64,000 nt of DNA from Gemmatimonas sp. Its GTDB lineage: Bacteria; Gemmatimonadota; Gemmatimonadetes; Gemmatimonadales; Gemmatimonadaceae. Under the pieces are notes generated by a model, which was given only the letters and a program-made list of their open reading frames with translations, was not told the origin of the DNA and ran no database searches. Below, piece after piece: positions 1 through 7,371 of the stretch (position 1 is the stretch's first letter; each line of letters starts with the position of its first letter). The position numbers were made by a program, and so were the translations under genes. Where the stretch lies: the NCBI GenBank assembly GCA_965279375.1, contig OZ257156.1, forward strand, positions 4,928,001 through 4,992,000. Reading direction: 5' to 3'.

Positions 1-1
1 C

Positions 2-1822
2 GAGTTGCAGTGGAGCAAGAAGTGGGATCGGGTTCTCGACTGGACGCCGCCGCATGCGCAGTGGTTCGTCGGCGGCGAGCTCAATGCGAGCGTCAACTGC
101 GTGGACCGGCACATTAACGGCCCGCGGCGCAACAAGGCCGCGCTGATCTGGGAAGGCGAACCCGGCGATCGTCGCACGTTCACGTACTGGGACCTGTATC
201 GGGAAGTGAATCTCGCGGCGAACATGCTCAAGCATCTCGGCGTGCAGAAGGGCGATCGCGTCGCGATCTACCTGCCGATGATCCCCGAGGCCGTCATCGC
301 CATGCTCGCCTGCGCTCGCATCGGCGCCGTGCACACGGTCATCTTCGGCGGCTTCTCCCCCGACTCACTGCGCGACCGCATCAACGACTGCGGCTGCAAG
401 GTGCTCATCACCGCCGACGGCGGATATCGTCGTGGGCAGGTCGTGCCGCTCAAGCGCAATGCCGACGCCGCGCTCGCCGATTGCCCCACGATCGAACATG
501 TGCTCGTGGTGATGCGTCGTCGTTCCGGCGTAGGCGACGAAACATTCGCCGAAATGAAGGATGGGCGCGATCACTGGTGGCATCGCCTCAAGCGTCAGGT
601 GCCCAAGGAGTGCGCGCCCGAGCCGATGAACGCCGAAGACCTACTGTTCATCCTCTACACGTCAGGCACCACCGGCAAGCCGAAAGGCATCGTGCACACC
701 ACCGGTGGCTACATGACCGGCGTGACGGCCACGACCAAGTACGTCTTCGACATCAAGGAAGAAGACGTCTACTGGTGCACCGCCGACATCGGCTGGATCA
801 CGGGCCACTCGTACCTCGTGTACGGACCGCTCGCCAACGGTGCGACCTGCGTCGTCTACGAAGGTGCGCCCGACTGGCCGGAGAAGGATCGTTTCTGGCA
901 GATCTGCGAACATTTCGGCGTGACGATCTTTTACACCGCGCCCACTGCGATTCGCGCGTTCATGAAGTGGGGCAAGCCCTTCGTCGAGAAGCACGATCTT
1001 TCGCAACTGCGTTTGCTCGGCTCGGTCGGTGAACCGATCAATCCCGAAGCCTGGATCTGGTACAACGAAGTCATCGGCAAAGGCCGTTGCCCCATCGTGG
1101 ATACGTGGTGGCAGACGGAAACGGGCGCGATCATGATCACGCCGCTGCCGGGCCTCACAGCCACCAAGCCGGGATCCGCCACCAAGCCGTTCCCCGGCGT
1201 GCGCGTGAGTGTGCTCGACAACGACGGCAAGGAAATCGGTGTGGGCGGAGGACTGCTGGCGCTCACGCATCCGTGGCCGTCGATGCTGCGCACGATCTGG
1301 GGCGACGATCAGCGCTACGTCGACACGTACTTCTCCAAGTGGCCCGGGCGTCCCGATCTCTACTTCGCGGGAGACGGCGTCAAGCGCGATGACGACGGCT
1401 ATCTCTGGATTCTCGGGCGAGTGGACGACGTTCTCAACGTCGCCGGTCATCGCATCGGTACGATGGAAGTCGAGAGTGCGCTCGTCGATCATCCGTCAGT
1501 GGCCGAAGCGGCCGTTGTGGGCAAGCATCACGATCTCAAGGGACAGGCGATCGCCGCCTTCGTGACGCTGCGCGCCGGTTTCAACCCAAGCTCCGATTTG
1601 CGCGACGAGTTGCGCGAACATGTCGCGCTCAAGATCGGCGCACTCGCGCGCCCCGACGACATTCTCTTCAGCGCAGACCTCCCCAAAACGCGCTCCGGCA
1701 AGATCATGCGGCGGCTGCTCCGAGATATCGCCGAAGGACGCGCACTCGGCGACACCACCACGCTCGCCGACCCGAGTGTGGTCGCCGGCCTCAAGGACCA
1801 GTACGAGGCGCAGGAGTCCTGA
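2..1822 (+). CDS. acs: Acetate--CoA ligase (acetyl-CoA synthetase), 5' end outside window
   Basis: Open from window edge; motifs [48 protein letters not shown]. Confidence 0.97.
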   Translation, partial: ELQWSKKWDRVLDWTPPHAQWFVGGELNASVNCVDRHINGPRRNKAALIWEGEPGDRRTFTYWDLYREVNLAANMLKHLGVQKGDRVAIYLPMIPEAVIAMLACARIGAVHTVIFGGFSPDSLRDRINDCGCKVLITADGGYRRGQVVPLKRNADAALADCPTIEHVLVVMRRRSGVGDETFAEMKDGRDHWWHRLKRQVPKECAPEPMNAEDLLFILYTSGTTGKPKGIVHTTGGYMTGVTATTKYVFDIKEEDVYWCTADIGWITGHSYLVYGPLANGATCVVYEGAPDWPEKDRFWQICEHFGVTIFYTAPTAIRAFMKWGKPFVEKHDLSQLRLLGSVGEPINPEAWIWYNEVIGKGRCPIVDTWWQTETGAIMITPLPGLTATKPGSATKPFPGVRVSVLDNDGKEIGVGGGLLALTHPWPSMLRTIWGDDQRYVDTYFSKWPGRPDLYFAGDGVKRDDDGYLWILGRVDDVLNVAGHRIGTMEVESALVDHPSVAEAAVVGKHHDLKGQAIAAFVTLRAGFNPSSDLRDELREHVALKIGALARPDDILFSADLPKTRSGKIMRRLLRDIAEGRALGDTTTLADPSVVAGLKDQYEAQES

Positions 1823-1846
1823 GCGAAGGCACGCAGTGGTGAACGC

Positions 1847-1882
1847 GCCGTGACCGGACTCCTAAGTGATTCCGGTCACGGC
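1847..1882 (+). terminator. Stem-loop after acs (probable terminator)
   Basis: Perfect 12-bp inverted repeat GCCGTGACCGGA / TCCGGTCACGGC just after the acs stop; no strong U-tract. Confidence 0.55.
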
Positions 1883-1938
1883 ACGACCAATGCTCGCAGC
1901 GAAACATGCGGGGGGTCTTCGGCGTCTATACTCCTGTC

Positions 1939-2301
1939 ATGTCCATCTTCGGCAAACTCTTCCCCGAAACGCTCTTCCCGCGGAAACTCACCGCGGACGC
2001 CGAGCAGCGCATGCGCCTCGCGCAAGCGCGCGCCGAAGAGGCGCTGGTTCGCACGCACGTCGAGAACGCGCTGTCGTTCGTGGACGCGCTTGCGCCTGAA
2101 ATCGGCTACGAGCGCGCCATCGACATCTACGTGCGCGAGTTGGGCGTGCCCGACCCGCTGGCGAGTATCATCGCCACACGTGCGCTCGTGGCACTGGGCG
2201 ATGCCTTTGCGACGCCCGCAAACGACGAATCGCAGGCAGGGGAGCCTCCGCTCCCACGCCTGCGACTTGATGAAGCGGCCGCGCGCCGGAAGCGCGCGTA
2301 A
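1939..2301 (+). CDS. Hypothetical protein (small, helical)
   Basis: GC3-rich ORF MSIFGKLFP...; TATACT 6 nt before the ATG. Confidence 0.75.
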   Translation: MSIFGKLFPETLFPRKLTADAEQRMRLAQARAEEALVRTHVENALSFVDALAPEIGYERAIDIYVRELGVPDPLASIIATRALVALGDAFATPANDESQAGEPPLPRLRLDEAAARRKRA

Positions 2302-2322
2302 CCACTCGTTCGTCTGCCGCCG

Positions 2323-3048
2323 TTACTTCTTGGCGGCGGTGTCGGTGCTCGCGGCCGCAGGCGCAGTCGGCGCCGCGGCGCGCAGGCTGTCCACGATCGC
2401 CTTGAGCATGTCGTACGTCATGCCGTTGCTGTAGAGCTTTCCGCCGATAAGGAACGTCGGCGTGGACGGCACGCCCAGCTTCTCGCCTTCGGCCTTGTGC
2501 GCGCTGATCTTGGGCAGGTTCTTCTGCGAGTCGAAGCAGCTCTTGTACGCCGCTTCGTCGAGGCCCAGGGTCTTCGCGTAGCTGTCGAAGAACTTGCGCG
2601 GGTTGGTCGTCGACTGCGTGTTCCAGTCGTACTGGCCGGCAAAGATCGCGTCGTGCATTTCCCAGAACTTCCCCTGCTCCGCAGCGCACGAGGCGGCGAG
2701 CGACGCCGAGATCGTGTTCTGATGCATCGGCAGCGGGTAGTCGTAGAAGCGGAAGTTGGCGAGGCCGGCTTCGATGATGCGCGTGCGCATGTCCGGCTCC
2801 GTCACCGCAGCGAACTGCCCACAGGCAGGGCACTCGAAATCACCGAACTCGACGATCGTGATCGGTGCGTTCGGATCGCCGCGCAGGTAGCCCTCGGACT
2901 TGGGGAGCTCGGTGCCAGCCGCGAGCGTGATCGGCGCGGGCTTGGCGCCGTTGAGCGAGTACCAGATGCCGCCGGCGCCAGCGGCAGCGAGGGCCAGCAG
3001 GAGCACGATGAACGGCGTGCGCGATTTGGTGGGCGTTGCCTTTACCAC
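2323..3048 (-). CDS. DsbA-family thiol-disulfide oxidoreductase, N-terminal membrane anchor
   Basis: EFGDFECPAC (CxxC), cis-Pro motif GVPSTPTF, hydrophobic N-terminus. Confidence 0.92.
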   Translation of the reverse strand: MVKATPTKSRTPFIVLLLALAAAGAGGIWYSLNGAKPAPITLAAGTELPKSEGYLRGDPNAPITIVEFGDFECPACGQFAAVTEPDMRTRIIEAGLANFRFYDYPLPMHQNTISASLAASCAAEQGKFWEMHDAIFAGQYDWNTQSTTNPRKFFDSYAKTLGLDEAAYKSCFDSQKNLPKISAHKAEGEKLGVPSTPTFLIGGKLYSNGMTYDMLKAIVDSLRAAAPTAPAAASTDTAAKK

Positions 3049-3341
3049 TCGATCTCCTCGTCGTCGTCAGGCGACCAGCCCGTGGGTTCCCAGGCGCTGT
3101 CGTCCGACTGTTTCGCCTCGTCCACGAGTCGCCGATGTTCGGCGATTTCGGGCGTGTCGTAGGTACAGCGGACTTCGTAGTGAAACAACTCGCTGCGGAC
3201 ATCGCCGATGAGCTTCATCAACTCGGCTACGTGCCCCAGCAATTCCCCTTCGGTATCGAGCGTGCGAATGCGGTCCGAGAGCGTGCGCAGCATCTCCCGC
3301 AGCGTCTCCGCGCGCTCGTCACCGTAGGTCTCGTCTGCCAT
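3042..3341 (-). CDS. Hypothetical acidic protein
   Basis: ORF with GAGGA RBS, overlaps the start of the DsbA-like gene, typical codon usage. Confidence 0.75.
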   Translation of the reverse strand: MADETYGDERAETLREMLRTLSDRIRTLDTEGELLGHVAELMKLIGDVRSELFHYEVRCTYDTPEIAEHRRLVDEAKQSDDSAWEPTGWSPDDDEEIEW

Positions 3342-3456
3342 TCGTCTGTCCTCAGGAAGAGCAGCGGGTGCGACAAGCGCCGAAAGCTACGCGCGGCACC
3401 TTGCTCGGCGCTATCCTTGCTCGGGCGTTGCACGGTCTTCCCACGCTCTTCCTGAC

Positions 3457-4317
3457 GTGTACACAGAACACCTGAGAATTCCCGTTGGTCCGGGGTCGCT
3501 GCACGCAGAGCGCACCGGTCGAGGCGGACCGCCGATCGTGCTCCTGCACGGATTCGGCAGCTGTGCATTCCTCTGGCGAGCGATTGCGCCGAAGCTGGCC
3601 AGCGCCGGCTTCACCGCGATCGCGATTGACCTGCTGGGCCACGGCGAGTCCGATGCCCCCGCCGACGCCTCGTATGGCCTTGGGGCGCAGGCGGCGTATC
3701 TGGAGCGGGCCATGACGGCTCTGCGGCTCCCGGCAGCCTCCGTAGTCGGGCAGGACATCGGCGCCGTGGTGGCAATGCTGCTTGCGGCCACCAGGCCAAA
3801 CCAGGTGCAGCGCTTGGCGCTGGTGAGCGTCCCCGACCCGCGCGATTTGCCCGGATCGGCGATCCGCGCCATGCAGCGGGTTTCCGCCAGGGCGGCGCTG
3901 GGTGCGAACTCCCTGTTTGGAGCTCAGCCGCTGCTCGAGCCGTTGCTGCAGGGGGCGGTGGCGGATCCGGCCCACATGCCGGCGGCCATTCGGTCGCGCT
4001 ATCTGGCGCCGTTCGTGGGCACCGACAGCGTGACGCGCCTGCTCCAGCTGGCCAGCGCCGTTGAGTTACTGGAGGAGGAGTTGGCCCAGTTACGTGACAT
4101 TCGCTGCCCCACACTGCTGGTAAATGGCGAAGCGGACGATAGCGATACCGCCGCCGGCGTGACGGTGATCGCTTCGGCGCTCGGGGAGGAACGCGCCGTG
4201 GTACGAACGGTGCCGGGGGCGGGGCGCCTCATCGCGGAGGATGCGCCGGAGGCGCTGACGCAATTGCTCCTCGATTGGATGTCCGCTCACACTGGTCCGC
4301 CACCGCGCGAGACGTGA
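3457..4317 (+). CDS. Alpha/beta-fold hydrolase (epoxide hydrolase/dehalogenase-like); catalytic His apparently replaced by Arg
   Basis: LLHGFG, DLLGHGES, GQDIG (Asp nucleophile elbow), GAGRLIAED where GAGH is expected. Confidence 0.88.
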   Translation: MYTEHLRIPVGPGSLHAERTGRGGPPIVLLHGFGSCAFLWRAIAPKLASAGFTAIAIDLLGHGESDAPADASYGLGAQAAYLERAMTALRLPAASVVGQDIGAVVAMLLAATRPNQVQRLALVSVPDPRDLPGSAIRAMQRVSARAALGANSLFGAQPLLEPLLQGAVADPAHMPAAIRSRYLAPFVGTDSVTRLLQLASAVELLEEELAQLRDIRCPTLLVNGEADDSDTAAGVTVIASALGEERAVVRTVPGAGRLIAEDAPEALTQLLLDWMSAHTGPPPRET

Positions 4318-4448
4318 CTGCATCGTCGTATTTGCGACGGATTCGGGCACATCGCCCCTAGGAAAGTCGTGGTCGCTTGCGCTACATTGCGTGATGCCGC
4401 CGGACGGTCCGACGGCGCAGTCGAGTACCGACGAATCACCCAGAGGAA

Positions 4449-4718
4449 ATGGTTAAACCAAAGCTTCGTCCGCGTCGTGATACCGCGGTGCCCTCGCCGT
4501 ACCAAGAGGCCCGCGACGAGCTGTTCCAGCAGATCATGCAGTGCGGGGTCATCGGCTGTCATCCCGACGACCAGAAAGAGTGGTTCGATGCCACGTTGCA
4601 GTACCTTGCCGGCCGCTATCCCGAGATCAAGGCTCCTGAAATGACGGAGCTTCGTACTCTCGGTGAGCGGTTTGCCCAGCCGACGAAGAAGCAGGCGCAG
4701 GAAGCCGCGACCGTCTAA
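4449..4718 (+). CDS. Hypothetical protein
   Basis: GAGGAA directly upstream, strong codon bias, followed by a hairpin. Confidence 0.8.
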   Translation: MVKPKLRPRRDTAVPSPYQEARDELFQQIMQCGVIGCHPDDQKEWFDATLQYLAGRYPEIKAPEMTELRTLGERFAQPTKKQAQEAATV

Positions 4719-4761
4719 CGCTGGTTGGATGTTGTACGTGCTAGGTCGAACAGATGGATCC

Positions 4762-4791
4762 CGAACGCCTTCGCTCTCGCGAGGGCGTTCG
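4762..4791. terminator. Hairpin between convergent genes (probable terminator)
   Basis: CGAACGCCTTCGC-tctc-GCGAGGGCGTTCG, 13-bp stem with one G-U, followed by TCGTTT. Confidence 0.65.
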
Positions 4792-4816
4792 TCGTTTGCG
4801 GACACGCCCCGCGCAA

Positions 4817-5356
4817 TCAGACCAGTTCGGGACTCCGCACGCGTTCACGCCAGAGCATCAGCGTGTAGTCCACGGTGGCCGCGACACCGAGCGCCGCCAC
4901 CAGCAGCACCAGCGCATCGACCGATGCTGGATACGCCAACACGGCGATGAAGGTCAGCAGTTGCGCGGCCGTTACCACCTTGCCGATCGGTCGCGCCTTG
5001 AACGCGATGGGGCGGAGCCAGCTCACGTTGCGCGCAACGAACCACCCAATGATGGACATGACATCGCGGAAGAAGATCGCGATTCCCTGCCAGAGCTGCA
5101 GCTGTCCACCAGCGACGTAGCTCACCACCACCGCCAGCACGAAGAAACGATCGGCCACGGGATCGATCAACGCACCCATGCGCGACATGCTCTGCGTGCG
5201 ACGCGCGAGCCACCCATCGAGAAAGTCGGTGAGCGAGGCGATGCCAATCAAGGCGAGGCGCATGGGAGCCGATTCCGACACGACGAATCCGAACGCCAGC
5301 GCAACGCGCGACGTGGACACCAGATTCGGCAATGTGAAAAGTGATCCGCTGGCCAT
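4817..5356 (-). CDS. CDP-alcohol phosphatidyltransferase (PgsA/cardiolipin synthase-like)
   Basis: TLPNLVS..R and the signature TDFLDGWLARR...GALIDPVADR; multiple TM segments. Confidence 0.93.
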   Translation of the reverse strand: MASGSLFTLPNLVSTSRVALAFGFVVSESAPMRLALIGIASLTDFLDGWLARRTQSMSRMGALIDPVADRFFVLAVVVSYVAGGQLQLWQGIAIFFRDVMSIIGWFVARNVSWLRPIAFKARPIGKVVTAAQLLTFIAVLAYPASVDALVLLVAALGVAATVDYTLMLWRERVRSPELV

Positions 5357-5421
5357 GCTGGAAACTACCCGTGCGTACAAGCGGGGTGCCAGCAACGCTC
5401 CGCGCGCGTTATCGTGCGCCA

Positions 5422-5787
5422 ATGAGCGTGCCGAGTGGTGGTGCCGTCGTACATCTGGTGGCTGAATTGACGGGCATCGCCTCGGCCCACTTGCACGACG
5501 CGACGCTGCTGGGCGGGCTGCTCATTGCTGCGGCCGGCGCCGCCGGGCTGCACGTGACCGCGCCGCCGGTCCTGCGCTCGAGTCCGCTGCGCGGCGTGGA
5601 TGCGCTGCTGCTGCTGGAGGGTGGACACGCCACGCTGCACGCCGAAGCACACCGCGAGACGCTACTCCTCGACGTGCTCGTCCCTGAGCCCTGCCAGTTG
5701 GCCCGCGCGCTCGAGGTGTTCACTCGTCGCCTCGCCCCCGGCGCCGTCGCCGCCGAACGGCTGATCCGTATGGAAGCCGTCCGATGA
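5422..5787 (+). CDS. S-adenosylmethionine decarboxylase (SpeH class)-like protein, degenerate active site
   Basis: HLVAELTG, GVDALLLLEGGHATLH, LLLDV resemble SpeH HLxxELxG / GVSxxxxLxESHxSxH / AAxDxFTC; the ESH Ser and the Cys are absent. Confidence 0.7.
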   Translation: MSVPSGGAVVHLVAELTGIASAHLHDATLLGGLLIAAAGAAGLHVTAPPVLRSSPLRGVDALLLLEGGHATLHAEAHRETLLLDVLVPEPCQLARALEVFTRRLAPGAVAAERLIRMEAVR

Positions 5788-5818
5788 CGCAGCTGATGAC
5801 CCAGGCAATGAGCAGCAC

Positions 5819-7327
5819 ATGAGCAACCAACTCGCCCCCATCACGCTGATTATCGCCGTCGGCGTGCTGCTGTGGGACATCGTGCTCGCGGGATGGATCG
5901 CGTCGCGCAAGGAAGCCCCGGTCCTCTTCACGCAGCTCACCGGGCTCTGCGGACTTCTCGTCGCGCCGGCGCTGGTCGTCGCACTCGCGACGGGCACCGA
6001 GGCGGGCTCTCGCACGGTATCGGGAATCTCGTGGTTGCTGCCCGCCATCGCCTGCGCGTTCGTGCTGCAGGTGCTGTACGCCATTCTCGCGCGGCTCGTC
6101 TCGGTGCTGGTTGGCGTGCCCATTCTGCTCTACGACGCGGCCGTCGCGGCGGTCACCATCGGGGACTACCTCGTGGCGCAGCAGGGCTACGCGCCGATCG
6201 GACTGCAGGCGGCGGTGGCGTCGCGAGACGCACTGATCGGCATGACGCTCGGACGTGCGGCACTGGTCTCGCCCTTCACGCTGATCGTGCCGATGGTGGC
6301 GCCGGCGTACCCTGCACGCTGGCGACTCTCGGCGATCGTGCGCGCGACGCTCGTGCTGGCGGCCACGGCCGTCACCACGCTGCTCGTCATCGAGTGGCCG
6401 CGCGGGCTCGGCGCGATTCAGAGCTATGAGCCGTCGTTCGCCATGCCCATGCAGTCGCGACCGGCCGGCGATTTCGTGATTGGCATGCGAATGTTTCCCG
6501 TGCTCGACGGGCCGCCGCCCGCGCGCGCGACGGCTGCGGATCTCGCCATGGCGGAGGACTTCGCGCCGGAACTGGTGTTGGTGGTACTCGACGAAGACGC
6601 TACGCGCGCGAGTGCACTCGACTCGCTCACGCGTGTGCTCGAGCCGATGCGCGGCGACGGAGTGCGACTGGCGATTGCGCTCGAGGTGACCGGAACGCCG
6701 TCGGCAGTGGCGGATCAGGAACGACTTGCGGCGCTTGAACGTGTGCTGCAACGCGTCCGCCCCGACATTCTCTTTCCCGCGCTTCCCTCCCCCGTACCCT
6801 CGTTGCTGAACGCTCGGCAGCCGGGCGCCGAGTGGTGGCGCGCCACCGAATCGCGGACCGCGTCGCTCATCTCACGCGTGCGCCCGCGTACGATGCTTGG
6901 CTGGAGCGCCGCGCGGCTCGATGCCACGGACAGTGCCGTGTATCGATGGGCCTCGTCAGCCAACTCGCGCGTGCAGGTCATCGGCGCGATCACGTACCCG
7001 TCGTTTTCCGGGCTGCCGGCGATCGAAGCACGGCTGCGCACCTTCGAACGTTGGCATGCGCGCGCCGTCGAAGGCGGAGACGCACGACAAGCGCATTGGC
7101 TCCTGAACGTGGGCGGACTTCCACACGCGCACGGGGACGCCGCACAGCTCGCGGCGATTCGCCACGCGCTGGCGTGGGGCTCGCGCCGTCGCTGGATCAG
7201 CGCCGCCATCGTGGGCGAACCCGCCGACTACGACGGCGGTCTCGGCCTGCGTGCCGCCAACGGCCGTCGTCGCAGCGCGTTCGGCAGCATCGCGCGTGCG
7301 GCCAAGGCCATGCGCGATGTACGATAG
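5819..7327 (+). CDS. Membrane protein (about 6 TM) with C-terminal glycoside-hydrolase-like (beta/alpha)8 domain
   Basis: Hydrophobic N-terminal ~200 aa; alternating beta/alpha pattern ending GLRAANGRRRSAF, like the GH-A terminal GLxxxdGxxKPAy. Confidence 0.6.
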   Translation: MSNQLAPITLIIAVGVLLWDIVLAGWIASRKEAPVLFTQLTGLCGLLVAPALVVALATGTEAGSRTVSGISWLLPAIACAFVLQVLYAILARLVSVLVGVPILLYDAAVAAVTIGDYLVAQQGYAPIGLQAAVASRDALIGMTLGRAALVSPFTLIVPMVAPAYPARWRLSAIVRATLVLAATAVTTLLVIEWPRGLGAIQSYEPSFAMPMQSRPAGDFVIGMRMFPVLDGPPPARATAADLAMAEDFAPELVLVVLDEDATRASALDSLTRVLEPMRGDGVRLAIALEVTGTPSAVADQERLAALERVLQRVRPDILFPALPSPVPSLLNARQPGAEWWRATESRTASLISRVRPRTMLGWSAARLDATDSAVYRWASSANSRVQVIGAITYPSFSGLPAIEARLRTFERWHARAVEGGDARQAHWLLNVGGLPHAHGDAAQLAAIRHALAWGSRRRWISAAIVGEPADYDGGLGLRAANGRRRSAFGSIARAAKAMRDVR

Positions 7328-7371
7328 TGGTGCGCTAGACGTACACTGAACGACGGGCGCTCAACGATCAG

